From positions 384,001 to 448,000 of the forward strand of contig CM000155.2 in the NCBI GenBank assembly GCA_000004695.1: a stretch of DNA of 64,000 bases, written 5' to 3'. The position numbers and the translations under genes are program-made. The first letter of the stretch is position 1. Every line of letters begins with the position of its first letter. Below, piece after piece: positions 12,540-25,357 of this stretch. The notes beneath the pieces are model-generated. The model was not told where the DNA came from and did not search any database. It saw nothing but the letters and a program-made list of their open reading frames with translations. The DNA is from Dictyostelium discoideum. Lineage: Eukaryota.

Positions 12540-13265
12540 ATGAGTAATAATAAGAATAATTTAACAATTATTTTAGTTCATGGTGCATGGGGAAATTCAT
12601 TACATTGGAATGAAGTTTCAAAATCATTACTTAGAGATGGATATAAAGTTGTTGCTGTTGAAAATCCATTAACAAGTTTACAAGATGACATTAATAAAAC
12701 AAGAGATTTAATAGATGCACAAGATGGAAAAGTTTTATTAGTTGGCCATAGTTATGGCGGTTCTGTTATAACTGGTGCTGGTAATCATGATAAAGTTGTT
12801 GGTTTAGTTTACATTGCCGCATTTGCTCCCGATGAAGGTGATAGTTTATTTGGTATTTTCAGCAGAAGAGAACAACCAAGTGGCGGTGCAAATATTTTAC
12901 CAGCAGATAAAAAAGGATTCCTTTGGATTAACTATGATAAATTTCCAGAATCGTTTTGTCAAGATTTGCCAAAAGATGATGCTATGGTATTGTCAATTTC
13001 TCAAAAACCAATTCACTCAAATGGATTCTCTGATAAATTAAACTGTAAACCAGCATGGAGAACCAAACCAAGTTGGTACCAAGTTTCAAATAATGATAAT
13101 ATGATTCCACCTGAAACTGAACTTGAAATGGCAAAATACATAAATGCAAAGAAAATAATTCATCTAAATGCTTCACATGCTTCACTTGCATCACATCCAA
13201 AAGAAGTTTTTTCATTAATCACAGAAGCTGCCAATTCTTTAAATTCAAAACTTCCATCAAATTAA
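12540..13265 (+). CDS. Alpha/beta-hydrolase fold esterase. It is of the methylesterase / hydroxynitrile-lyase / salicylate-esterase-like type. It is intronless, has no signal peptide, and is 241 aa.
   Basis: Single ORF. The N-terminus has ILVHGAWGNSLHW, the (V/L)VHGAxHGAW motif of this family. The nucleophile elbow is GHSYGG (GxSxG). An acid and a His follow downstream (…DNMIPPE…, ASHASLASHP). The gene has only a 5-residue Asn run and is otherwise compact and bacterial-looking. Confidence 0.75.
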   Translation: MSNNKNNLTIILVHGAWGNSLHWNEVSKSLLRDGYKVVAVENPLTSLQDDINKTRDLIDAQDGKVLLVGHSYGGSVITGAGNHDKVVGLVYIAAFAPDEGDSLFGIFSRREQPSGGANILPADKKGFLWINYDKFPESFCQDLPKDDAMVLSISQKPIHSNGFSDKLNCKPAWRTKPSWYQVSNNDNMIPPETELEMAKYINAKKIIHLNASHASLASHPKEVFSLITEAANSLNSKLPSN

Positions 13266-13696
13266 ATCAAAAAAAAAAAAAAACAAAAAAACAAAAAAAC
13301 AAATAAACTGATTAAAAACTTTTGGAAATCTTCAAAAAAAAAGAAATCCTTCACCTTTTTTTTTTTTTTTTTTTTTTCCAATATTTTGATTAATATTTTT
13401 ATTAATTTAAAAAAAAAAATTGTTTTTTTTTTGATTTTTTTTTTTGTATTTTCAAAATTAATTTAAACTTTTTTTTTTTTTTTTTTTCGCTTTTCTTTTT
13501 TATTTTCATTTTTTTATTTTTTTATTTTTTTATTTTTTTATTTTTTTATTTTTTAGATAATATTAATATTATCTCTTTCAAATAAATTTATAAATTTACA
13601 TTATTTAATATGGATATTTGAAATTTATTTATAAATTAATTAAAATAAAAAATAAAAAAAAAAAGACACAATTAAAAATAATAAAAAAAATTAATA

Positions 13697-13977
13697 ATGA
13701 ATAAAAACAATAACAATAATAATACACCAACATCATCATGGAAATCAGGAACTACTAAACCCACTACAACAACAACTACAACAAATACAACAACAACCAA
13801 TAATAATCCTACTTCACCTAATAAAACACAAACATCAAATGATCTTGATATTGTATCAATATTATCAGCACCACCACCTTCTACTAAAAGAGTTTTCGAT
13901 CCAACTTCTACACCAATAAAAGATAAAAGTTTGTATACATACATTATAATGGTTAAATAATAACACAAAAATAATAA

Positions 13978-14014
<37 letters not shown>

Positions 14015-16747
14015 GAGTACAGGAAGCACAGGTAGTAATAGTTCAGGTAGTAATAGTAATTTATCATCACCAACTAAATCATTAACAATTGAACAACAAC
14101 AACAGCAACAATCTATTGGAAGAAATAATAGTTTTAATATTGGTAGTTTAAAAGCAAATTCATTGAGTAATAGTTCAACAAGTATAGGTAGTGATGTTAA
14201 TTTTATAAATGATCCAAAATTAAAAAATACAAATAATAATAATAAACAACAACAACAACCAATAAATAAAGAATTAATTGATAGTATATTAAATGATGAT
14301 ATTAATGATGATGAGGATGATGAAGTTGGTGAAATAATAATAAATAATAATAGTACTATAAATAATTTTAATTCTGACACAGAGTCAGATTCAGAGGAGG
14401 TCGATCCAGAGATTTTAAAGAAAATATTGAATGAGCAAGATGATGATATTATAATTGACGAAAGTATGACAGTGGATGATATTTTAAAAGAGGTTGCAAC
14501 TCAAGAGGATCAAGAGGAGAGTGAACTATTGAATGAGTTTATAAAGTCACCAATTCTATCACAGATTCAACAGGAATTGGATATAATGGAATCACAGCAA
14601 CCAATGCTATGGCAATCGAGAAACAATAGGTTGGTAGTGAATGGAATTGTAGTGGAACCACAATCCTATACAAAGATATCTGAACAATTATCATCGAGCG
14701 ATATTAGAAAAGTGGTTGGATATCCAACATGTTTCACTGTGTCAAAGTTTATTTGCATTGGTACATCGCATGGGTATTTGATGATTTTCAACTTCAACCA
14801 AGAGTTACTATCGATTATCGGAGGTTCCATATGCTCTGATTGCGGCCCTGTCACCGCCATAGATTCGCCATCATGCAGGGTCAACGAGGACTGGCTGGTC
14901 AGCGGCCACCAGTCAGGCCATATCATACTGTGGGATATAGTGGGTGGCAAACCTATCAAGGTCATAGACAGAATCCATAAGTTGCCATTGGTACACTTGA
15001 AATTCTTTGCTGATGGCGCCAGATTCGTATCGTCCGATTCAAATGGTATCACTAATATCATCTCGATTACCAAAGGTTTCATGTCAATTGGTACCGATCA
15101 ACAATTGTTACTAAATGGTAACTTAGGTCCAGTATTGTCCATCGCGTTATTATTACCAGGCAATCACGACCATCCAACTGATAGACAAGGTATTGTGGCA
15201 TTAGCAACAAGTAGAAAAATATTAATTATTTCAACCTCAAGTGATGGTGTTTCAATTTTAAATAATAAAATTACAAAACCAAAAAATATTAATAATAATA
15301 GTGCATCAGAGGGAGGTAGTGGCGGAGCTTTACCATATTTATCATGGCGTAGAGTGATTTATAATAGATCATTAGGACATACTAAACCATTAGAACCAAT
15401 ACTTGCAATTGGTTGGGGTACATCAATTCAATTACTTCAAATTGTGACAGCACCAAATGATTTTAAATTTCAAGCACCAGAATTTATAGTTGTAGCAAAT
15501 TATCAAACTGATCATACAATTTGTGGTTTGGAATGGTTAGATAGTCAAACTATATTATTCCAAAATTCAAAAGATGAATTAAGAGTATTTGATCCATTCG
15601 CATTGGAGGAGGTTGAAAGTGTTAATATCAAATCTATGCAATTAATTCATCATTCTAAATATCAAGGTATTTCAGTATACTCATTTCATAGTAGTATTAA
15701 AACATTGAAATCTAGAATTTATTTCTTGGGTTTAAATGGTTTATTCACAGCACATATTTTAACATGGATAGAGAGATTATCAATATTGACCACCAATGGC
15801 CAATGGTTTGAAGCATTATGTTTAGCATTGGATTTCTATGAAGGTAAAGCTAAAGCCTGCACAGGTCTATCAAGTAATACTGTGGATTCTAAATACATCA
15901 CGTCAGAGAAAATCGTTGAAATCATATCAAACCTTTGTCAAAGCATTTTCAACATCACTCAACCGGAATTGTTGGCAGGTAAATCGTTAATACCAAAGAG
16001 CTACTATCAACAAATGGACCCTCGTATTGAATATCTCAACATTTACCAACAATTGGCATTGATTTCAATTGAATTTTGTATTGCTATAAAAAGAACCGAT
16101 TTACTATTTGGTGAAGTTTTTAATTATTTCTTTGATAATGATATGAAGAGTTGTATATTGGATTTCTTGGAACCCTATATTCTAAATGATAGACTCACTC
16201 ATTTAAACCCAGAGGTTATGCAATACATGATGACCTATTACCAAGATTTGGGTATATTAGTTAGAGCAGAACAATGTGTACTACATTTGGATATCTCTTC
16301 AATCGATTTTCATCAAACGGTGGTGTTATGTAGAAAACATGGGCTTTACAGCGCATTGATTTATCTCTACAATAAAGGATTGAATGATTATATCACACCA
16401 ATGGAAGATATGATGGAAGTTGTAATTAAACCAAATAATTTAAATAATCAACCAACTGAAATGGATAAAAATTCAAAAAGTGTAGCACAAAGATTACTAC
16501 TCTATTTACAACTTAGTCTATCGGGTAAATCATTTCCTAGTGGTCTAATAGCACCATCACGTGTTTTATCATTAAAATCTGAAATCTATGAATACCTCTT
16601 CCTTTGGAATATCGATCCTGATGATCCAACACCATATCCAAGAATTTATAATTTATTAAAAATGGATACAACTGAATTATTAAAAATTTTATCATTAGGT
16701 TTTTATGATAAAGGTTTTCAAATGTCACCAAATCAGCAACAGCAACC

Positions 16748-16778
<31 letters not shown>

Positions 16779-18983
16779 AATGAAAATAATGAAAACTATT
16801 TAGATGAAACTATACCACAATTAAGTGTACCAAATTTACCATTAAATTTCCCAGTTTCAAGATCAAATTTAACAACATTTAATATGATCTCTGTATTATT
16901 ATTAATTGTTATCGATAAGAGTCAACATCCTTATGAATTGAAACCAAATAATAAATGGCCATTTTCATTCCAACAACAAGGTCAACTGCTTTGTATATTA
17001 GGTAAAGTTTTCATTGATGGTTTATTTCGTGTTGATAATAATCTATTAAATAGAATCATTGGTATGTTATCAGTTACACCAATTGAAAATACACCAATGT
17101 TTGATTTAAAAACTAGACAAAGTGTATTATTAGATATTTTAAAGATTATACTCAATAATAATAATAAGAATAATAAGAATAATAATGGTGGTATGGCAAA
17201 TTTAGGTAGTGATATAAATTATGATAAATTATTAGTTAGTTGTGAAGGTAATGAATTCTTTAAAGTTTGTCAATACATTTATAGTATAAAGAATAATTTC
17301 AATAGAATGATCACTTGTCAAATTAAAGATCCAGATAATAAACAACATTCATTCGATTATATTAGAGAGATTTTAGCAAGACCTTCACTAACAATTGAAC
17401 AACGTGAAACTGTAAAAAATACATCAATTTCAAATTTAGCTCAACTCATTCTAATTGATAGTGTTAAAACTGCTCAATTAATTATGGATTGTTTCTCTAG
17501 TGATCATGAAAAAGTTTTAAGAGAATTAAGTTCATTTCCAAAATTACAATTTACATATTTACAAGGTTTATTTAAAAAAGGTACAACTAGTTCAAATAAT
17601 AATAATGGCAATAATAATGGTAATAATAATAGTAATAATAATAATAATAATAATAACAATGGTAATGGTAATAATAATAATAATGACTTATCAATTATTC
17701 AACAATATGGAATACATATTTCACAAGAAACTCATGAACTTTATTTAAGATTAATGTGTAATTTTTCACCAGAATTAGTTATACGTTATTTATCATCAAA
17801 TGATGATTATCCATTAGATAGTTGTTTAAAGATTTGTCAACAATTTAATAATTTGGAAGGTTCAATTTATTTATTAGAGAGAATTGGTGATGTTTTTAAA
17901 GCATTGGATATGTTATTATTGATATTGAAAGACAAGTTGGATGAATTATTGAAATACTATGTTCAAGTATTTGCAAATGTTAAACAATTAAAAGAATCTG
18001 ATGGTAATAATAATTTACAAGCACCAAGTAAGCAAGAGAAACAAGTGATGACTGATCTTTATTCGGCCATTTCATTATGTCAACGTAATTCACCAAAATT
18101 ACAAGATTCAGAGAATGAGCCATTATGGTTCAGATTATTCGATACCATTGTAACTTGTATTCAAAGAATTAAACAGCAATCGAATCAAGGTGTTTTTAGT
18201 AAACAATCGGCAATCTATTGGAAATCTTTGAATTTCCTCTCGAAATTAGTTCATTCAATTTTAAATTCAATGATGGGTTATGTTGCATTGCCTGTGATTC
18301 TCTCAAGAATTGTCAATGAATATGGTGGTAATGAGTTGGGTGATTTCAAATCAATTATCACCGATATGATGGATACTTGTACTTTTGAAACTATAATCTT
18401 AAAGACTGCAAATGACTTGATTCAAGCTGATATGTTCTCTGCCACTCAAACTTTTGTTGAAAAATTATCACGTGCTTACACTCCAAACATTTCAAAATGT
18501 GGTATGTGCTATCGTCCACTAAGTGAAGCTCCAATAGCAAAACAACAACCAAATCATACTATGGCACTTGATACATTAATTGTATACCAATGTAATCATA
18601 CTTTTCATTCTGAATGTCTTGGAAAACATAAAGTTTGTCCATTATGTTCAAAAGAAAAAGAACGAAAGAAATTACCATCATCATTAACTAGCAATAATAA
18701 TAATATCAATAATAAAACAGTACATCAACAACAACAACAACAAAAAGAAAAAGAAAAAGAAAAAGAAGATGAAGAATTATTAGATGCTGTCAAATTTGAT
18801 GTATCAAAATATGAAAAAGAGAAAACTCAAAAGGAAACTGCTAAATATATGGAAAGATTAGAAAATTATTCAAAATTAAATAGACGTATTGGTTATAGTA
18901 ATTATACTGCTTTTAAATCTTTTGAAAGTCATGATAAAGAACAAAAAAGTCAAAAACCAAAAGGTAGAGTACAACAACATATG

Positions 18984-19015
<32 letters not shown>

Positions 19016-19037
19016 AAAACAAAGACAAAGAAGATAA
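13697..19037 (+). CDS. Large WD40/beta-propeller plus alpha-solenoid protein with a C-terminal RING-H2 finger. It is most consistent with a Vps8-like subunit of the CORVET endosomal tethering complex. Two exons, about 1751 aa.
   Basis: Exon 1 is 13697..13928 (MNKNNNNNNTPTSSW…, phase 1). The intron is 13929..14013 (GTTTGT…TTTAG). Exon 2 is 14014..19037. The ORF-track 'M' at 14163 is a TTG, and the real frame is open back to the acceptor. N-terminal WD-like blades include GTSHGYLMIFNF and VSGHQSGHIILWDIVGG. The middle is long and helical. The C-terminus has CGMCYRPL…CNHTFHSECLGKHKVCPLC, a RING-H2 (C3H2C3). Internal poly-Q and poly-N/G tracts are present. Vps41, Vps11 and Vps18 share the architecture but are shorter, so the Vps8 assignment is inference. 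Confidence 0.6.
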
Positions 19038-19180
19038 AAACAATAAAATAAATAAATATATAAATAAAATTAAAAAAAAAAAATAGTGGTATTACAAAAA
19101 AAAAAAAAAAAAAGAAAAATATATATATATATATATACAGTTTATAGGGGAGTGAATAATCTTTTATTTATTTTATTAAT

Positions 19181-20869
19181 TTAATTAATATAAGAATTAT
19201 TATTAGTATTATTTAATTTACTATTTCTAATTGAATAAACAAAATAAACAATTGTACCAACAACTGTCCAAATTGCCATACGAATAAAACTAGCTGAATC
19301 TAAATGCATAATGAAATAGGTATTGATAATTATACCAAGACATGGAATAATTGGAACTAATGGACAAAGGAAATAATTACATGTACTTTTATCTAATGTT
19401 TGTTTTTTGAAACAAAGGAGGATGATAAGAGCTAATTGGATCACTGCCAATACAATTTGAATCCAAATTTTCCAACCATTATAACTTGCAGCACCAAATA
19501 CACAAGCGACTACAAATAAGACAAAGAGTACTAATGTGGATGGAATTGGACCATTTTCTGAGCCATCCTCATTTCTATATCTCATTACGACCACACCGGC
19601 GCAAACACAAGTGAATGCAAGTAAAGTACCAATACTAATCATATTAGTTAAATTATCTAAATCTAATACGATAGCGAGTAATGAAGCAAAGCCACAAGTG
19701 AAGAGAATACCAAATACTGGAACTTGTTTTTTATTTAATTCACCAAATTTCTTGAAGAATAAACCATCTTTGGCCATTTGGAGGTAGATACGTGGTTGAC
19801 CAATTAAGCAACATAATGTTGAGGCGGTTAATGAAGTTAATGTACCAAATGCAATGATCATAGCTGCCCATTTCATATCCAAACCATTGTGAATGAATGC
19901 ATCGGATAATGGTGAACCTTGGCTAACTTCACGGAAATTAACCATACCAGAGAGTACCAATGTTACACCAATGTAAAGAGAGGTTGCAATAACTAAGGAA
20001 CCGATAACACCAATTGGAAGATCACGTTTTGGATTCTTAACTTCACCTGCCAATGTTGTTACTGAATCGAATCCTACATAACTAAAGAATACCACTGAAC
20101 ATGCATTGAAAACACCATCGAAACCAAATGGAAGGAAAGGAGTCCAATTTTCAACTTTAACATAGATTGAGCCCAAAACAATGAAAAAGAGAATTGTCAA
20201 AATGTTGATACATGTAATGATCATATTGAATCTAGCGGAATCTTTAATACCAAATACCAAAATTATTGTACAAAATACAATTATAAGTGGTGCAATTGGA
20301 TTAATGTTAATCCAATCATTAATTTGATAACCTTGGATAAATTGTGGTGTTTTAGCACCGAAAATTGAGAAAATTACACTAAAATAACCAACCCAACCCC
20401 TTGCTACCGCCGATGCTGAAATGGCATACTCTAGTGTAAGATTCCACCCAACGAACCAACCCATATATTCACCCAATGAAACGTAGGCAAATGTATAGGC
20501 ACTACCAGATGCTGGAATACGAGCTGAGAATTCCGAATAACAAAATGCGGAAATTAAACAAGCAATTGCAGAGAATAAAAATGATAACAATGTACCCGGA
20601 CCTGCATAGGAGCTAATCGCAATACCAATGGATACAAAAACACCTGCTCCAACTGTACTACCGATACCATAGGAAATGATATCAAATACCGTTAGACATT
20701 TATTCAAATTTCCTTCACCATTGTTGGTTTGTTGATTGTTGTTATCATCATCATCTTGAAATCCATTGACTGGGTATTTTCTAATCAATGAATTTAAACT
20801 ATAAATTTTTCTATTTTTAAGTAGAGGTATATTTTGTTGCTCGCTTGATCGATTCAAGTAACTGGCCAT
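19181..20869 (-). CDS. Amino acid permease of the APC superfamily, cationic amino-acid transporter (CAT/SLC7-like). About 12 transmembrane helices, 562 aa, single exon.
   Basis: The ORF reads MASYLNRSSEQQN… It carries the APC signature around GIGSTVGAGVFVSIGIAISSYAGPG, and …FSYVGFDSVTTLAGEVKNPKRDLP… is characteristic of the CAT subfamily. The protein is hydrophobic throughout. Confidence 0.8.
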   Translation of the reverse strand: MASYLNRSSEQQNIPLLKNRKIYSLNSLIRKYPVNGFQDDDDNNNQQTNNGEGNLNKCLTVFDIISYGIGSTVGAGVFVSIGIAISSYAGPGTLLSFLFSAIACLISAFCYSEFSARIPASGSAYTFAYVSLGEYMGWFVGWNLTLEYAISASAVARGWVGYFSVIFSIFGAKTPQFIQGYQINDWININPIAPLIIVFCTIILVFGIKDSARFNMIITCINILTILFFIVLGSIYVKVENWTPFLPFGFDGVFNACSVVFFSYVGFDSVTTLAGEVKNPKRDLPIGVIGSLVIATSLYIGVTLVLSGMVNFREVSQGSPLSDAFIHNGLDMKWAAMIIAFGTLTSLTASTLCCLIGQPRIYLQMAKDGLFFKKFGELNKKQVPVFGILFTCGFASLLAIVLDLDNLTNMISIGTLLAFTCVCAGVVVMRYRNEDGSENGPIPSTLVLFVLFVVACVFGAASYNGWKIWIQIVLAVIQLALIILLCFKKQTLDKSTCNYFLCPLVPIIPCLGIIINTYFIMHLDSASFIRMAIWTVVGTIVYFVYSIRNSKLNNTNNNSYIN

Positions 20870-21732
20870 TCTTTAATTGGGTTTTGATTAATAATTGTTG
20901 AGAAATTAATTTTCGTTTTTTTTTTTCTATATTAAAAAAATAAATATATTATATATTTATATATTTATTTAGTTTTAATATTATTTTATTGTGTGAATAC
21001 AATTGTAAAAGAATTTTTTAATTTTTCAATTTATACCAAAATTTCGGCCGAAAAAATAAAAAAAAAACTACAAAATGTTTTTTAATTTTTTTTTTTTCCG
21101 ACCCTTTTGATCAGTTTAAATAAAAAAAATAAAATAGATTTTTTTTCACCTAAAAAAGTGAAAAAGATATTTTTTTGTTTTTTCAAAAATGATTAGTTTT
21201 TTTTGTTATTTTTTTAAGAATTTTTTTAATATTGTGCAAACCAGCTCATCAAATAATTTTTTTTAATTTTTTTTGGGCACTACCCAGATTTTTTCATCAT
21301 TATTACATCATATTAATTATTTTTAGTTTTAATTTATTTTAGAATTTCATACCAATCTTATCAAAAAACAATGATCAATTCTCAAATATTTAACATTTTT
21401 ATAATTAACCCAATGTTTTGGCTTTTGAGAATGGAATGGATTTTGAAATAGCTAAGGATACTTCACATCCTAAATTCAAAAAATGTAAAAAGATCTTGAG
21501 ATTTTTTTTTTTTTTTTTTATAATACTAATTTATATTTAATATAGCTATATATAATAAATCATTTTAAAAATAAAAAGTTAAAAAAATAAAATAAAAAAA
21601 TAAAATAAAATGTTTAATTATTTAAAAAGAAATGGTTATTTATTTAAAGGATATTAATAAAGAAAGTAATAATTAAAAATAAAAAATTCCATTTCAAATT
21701 GTTTTATAAGAAAAAGAAAATTTACATTTATT

Positions 21733-21822
21733 TTAAGGTAATTTATATTTATAAATATTAGATAATAATGAATGAGATGAATTTGAATTTATATATGTAC
21801 ATATTCTAGTTTTATTTAATAT

Positions 21823-21854
<32 letters not shown>

Positions 21855-22929
21855 CAGATGATAAAGTTATTTGACCACTTGGATTGTTTGGTGAATTTGA
21901 ATCATTAATTTCTATTTGTTCAATTAATTCCTCATCACAATTACGATTTAATAAAACTCTATAACTTTCAAAATCCCATATATAAAATCCTTGGCCTTCA
22001 ATATGATCAATATTAAAGAATGAAGCATCAGTTATGATATTTTTAACACTTGTAAATAATGCTTGTAACCATTGACCAGAATAAGTCAATGGTTTATTAA
22101 TTTCATTATAAAAGAAATCTTTAGTGATTGGGTTTGTATCTGTTGCATCCAATGGAGTCAATAATAATTTGGGACCCAATGACGATACCATGATTTGAAA
22201 TGCCTTTATATCAACAAAGAGGTTAAACTCTGCCACTGTATTATTCCTATACGTGAATATATTTGCTGGCGCGTCAATTGTACCACCCATTTGTGAGACC
22301 AATTCAATATTATCCACTACGTTGGGATACAAGGTTAGCAATATAGCCAAATCAGTGGCGGGTCCTGCTGATAGAATTTCAATTGGTTCATTTAATTCTA
22401 ATAATTCTTTATTGATTTTTACGAATAATTCAGTACATGACATATTCGTTGGTACTAAACCATTGGTATTATTATTAAAATACTGATCTTTAGTATACCA
22501 TAATGTGTCACCGAGTGCTCTAACTTGGTTATTTGTTGCATTTAAAATACTGATCTCAAAATTTAATGCTGAATCCAATGGTATTGATGAACCTAATGCC
22601 ACAGGTATTGATAATAATTCTTTATATCTATCATTATCTTTCTCTGTCATAAAGTTAAAAACTTTGAAAATAGTATCTAATCCAATTGCTCTCGTTGTAA
22701 ATCCTGTACCTGAAACACAAATACCTCTTAATTTAAATTCTGAATCATTTGATAATATTGATTGTAATGCTATTATATCATCAATATTTGCATCAGTATA
22801 AAAAAATAAATTTCTTTTTTTTAAAATATCTTCATTTTTATCATTTTCTATATTAATTTTTAAACTACAAATATAAAAATTATTAAAAATTATTAAAATT
22901 AAAATTATAGATAATAATTTATATATCAT
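21733..22929 (-). CDS. Secreted inosine-uridine-preferring nucleoside hydrolase-like protein (IU-NH family), 398 aa, single exon, with a C-terminal poly-Ser tract.
   Basis: N-terminus MIYKLLSIILILIIFNNFYICS looks like a signal peptide. YTDANIDDIIAL matches the DxDxxxDD Ca2+/ribose-binding aspartate cluster of IUNH enzymes. …SAGPATDLAILLTLYP… and …EFNLFVDIKAFQIM… resemble the conserved IUNH core. The product call is by motif recall only. Confidence 0.55.
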
Positions 22930-22952
22930 TTTTGTGTTTGAAATAATTTCCC

Positions 22953-22989
<37 letters not shown>

Positions 22990-23955
22990 ATAAAAAAAAA
23001 AACAAAAAAAAAATAAATAAAATTAAAATTAAAAATAAAAATAGGTTTTGTTGGTATAAAAATTTTATTTGGTTTTATATGGGGCCAACTTTTTAATATC
23101 CGGATATTAAAAATTTCAGCATTAAAGTGGTGAAAAGTAATTTTATGTGGCGGTGTCTTGTTGGTAAAAAAAAAAAAAAAAAAAAAAAATTGTTATTTTT
23201 TACTATTTAAACTTTCCTTTTTTAATTTTATATTAAAACCTTTCATTATTTCCATAAATTGAAATATCTCCTTAATATTTATAGATTTTTTAATTTTCTT
23301 TGTAAATAAATTTTTACATTTTATTTTAGGATATCTTACTTCTTTCAGAGATAACTATTAAATTTTTTGTTAAAACAACATATTACAAATTCTTATAAAA
23401 TTTAGATAAAAAAAATCCAAATAAGATTTGATTTTGTTATCATTAAAAATTTCTCAAAATCTTTTTGTAAAATTCAAGATTTAATTTTTAATTTTATATA
23501 TTCATTTATTTTTTTATTTATTAATTTATTTTATCTTTTTTTTTTTTTTTTATTTTTTTTTTTATTTTAAAAAAAGTTAAAAAGTTACTATGTCGGAATT
23601 GTAGAAATAATATAACTCATTTTTTTTTATTTTTAATAAAAACTATTTTAATTGATTTCATAATATTTCAAAACATTTAACAGACTATATTAATAGGTTT
23701 TTCATTAAAATAACATAAATGTTCTTTAAATAAATTTAATATGAACAAAGTAATTATAATTTAAAATTATAAAATTATAAAATAAATTATTTCATTCATA
23801 GTTTGGTATTTTGATGCACCACAACAACCACTTTTTCATTTTTTTATTTTTTTGTAAAATTAAAAACCAATAATAAATAGTGTTTTTTTTACAATTGTTT
23901 TAAAAAATGGGGTATTGATTTTTTCAATCTTTATTTTTTTATTTGATAATTTTTG

Positions 23956-23992
<37 letters not shown>

Positions 23993-24065
23993 CTTATATA
24001 TTTGACAATAGTTATTTTTTTTTTTTTTTTTAAATTTTTTACAAACAAATAAATTTATTTAAAAT

Positions 24066-24418
24066 ATGCCCACAGAGATTAAAATGATTATTAAAAATGG
24101 AGAAGGAGAATCAAAAATAATTGGAAAAGGTAATATAAAATGAATTAAATTATAAATAATTCAACATGTTGAATTAATTCCAATAACTAATTATTTTTAT
24201 AAAATTTAGCAATCACTTTACCAACTCCAAAAATTTTCCCACAACCATTTTTTATACGTTTATCTGAATATACATCAGAAGGTAATCTTTGGGATAATGA
24301 AAATTTTGAATTCAATTCTGGAAAGGTTGAATGCAATGGAGAAGATTATGATCTTGCCCCATCAACTTGTTCATTGGCCAAATTTGATGAAGATGATGGT
24401 TCAAAAAAATTGATATAA
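24066..24418 (+). CDS. Small two-exon gene encoding a 90-aa acidic hypothetical protein.
   Basis: Exon 1 is 24066..24129 (MPTEIKMIIKNGEGESKIIGK, phase 1). The intron is GTAATA…TTTAG. Exon 2 is 24210..24418 (…AITLPTPKIFPQPFFIRLSEYTSEGNLWDNENFEFNSGKVECNGEDYDLAPSTCSLAKFDEDDGSKKLI*). Both splice sites are canonical and the phases close. It is not in the ORF track because each exon is under 60 aa. Confidence 0.45.
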
Positions 24419-24489
24419 GAATAATGCCAACTAGACCTCTTGGAAATGATTTACCATATTTTAATTAAAAAATATATATTATTGTTTCG

Positions 24490-24537
<48 letters not shown>

Positions 24538-24653
24538 AAATCGGTCAAGAAGTCCTTAACTATCACTGTTATTTTTTTTTATTTATTTATTTGTTTTTTT
24601 ATTTATTTATTTATTTATTTTTAATTTACAATGTATATATTTTTTTTTATTTT

Positions 24654-25172
24654 TTATCTATTATTGTATTCAAATAAAGTTTTAATGGTTATAGATTTTT
24701 TAAGAATTAATCTTTTTAAATAAAGTATATTGAATAAACCAGATAAACCAATTAAAACTAAAAATGAATGTAAACCTCTATTAATTTGTATGAACCTTTT
24801 CTTTTTATTTGTAATTATATAATAATTTGATAAATCTGTTTTTACAAATAATAATGAGATTGCATCAATTGGTAGTTGAGAAGTAGTTTTAAAATCTTCA
24901 ATAATTGTTAACTCTACAATTGGTTTATATTTATCATCATCATCATTAATCATTAAATAATCTAATTCTGATTGATCTAACCATGATTTTAATAATCTTG
25001 GTTCTAAAATTGCTTCAATACCATCATCAATACCACCACCACCACCACCACCACCACCACTACTACTTTTTCCACCCTCTTTATTTGGTTTCTTTACAAT
25101 TGCAACTTTTGGTTTTATCTTTTTAACTCTTTCAATAAACTGATTAACATCATTTGATCTCTCTCTGTACAT
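24654..25172 (-). CDS. Hypothetical 172-aa protein with a poly-Gly linker and a C-terminal hydrophobic segment, possibly tail-anchored. Function unknown.
   Basis: ORF MYRERSNDVNQFIERVKK…SSSGGGGGGGGGIDDGIEAILEPRLLKSWLDQSELDYLMINDDDDKYKPIVELTII… The C-terminal LHSFLVLIGLSGLFNILYL is hydrophobic. I found no recognisable catalytic motif. Confidence 0.45.
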   Translation of the reverse strand: MYRERSNDVNQFIERVKKIKPKVAIVKKPNKEGGKSSSGGGGGGGGGIDDGIEAILEPRLLKSWLDQSELDYLMINDDDDKYKPIVELTIIEDFKTTSQLPIDAISLLFVKTDLSNYYIITNKKKRFIQINRGLHSFLVLIGLSGLFNILYLKRLILKKSITIKTLFEYNNR

Positions 25173-25303
25173 TCTTTTTATTAAATAGTTATCTCTAATA
25201 CCATCAAATATTAAATTATAATATGAAATAAATAAAATTATTAAATTTATAAAAAATGGCTAATAATAAAAAATGTTAATATAATATAAAATTAAATAAT
25301 AAT

Positions 25304-25355
<52 letters not shown>

Positions 25356-25357
25356 CT

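Noticed and set aside
13672-14380. ORFs 13672..14073 (-) and 13865..14380 (-), of 133 and 171 aa, overlapping the 5' end of the Vps8-like gene
   Set aside because: They are antisense to a well-supported two-exon gene. Their translations are poly-L/poly-V/poly-K/poly-C low-complexity strings from simple repeats with no domain signal. They are artefacts of (AAT)n/(AAC)n on the opposite strand.
14666-15082. 138-aa antisense ORF inside the Vps8-like gene
   Set aside because: It exists only because the local G+C-rich patch removes A/T-rich stop codons. It has no start context or motif and is fully nested in conserved WD40 coding sequence on the other strand.
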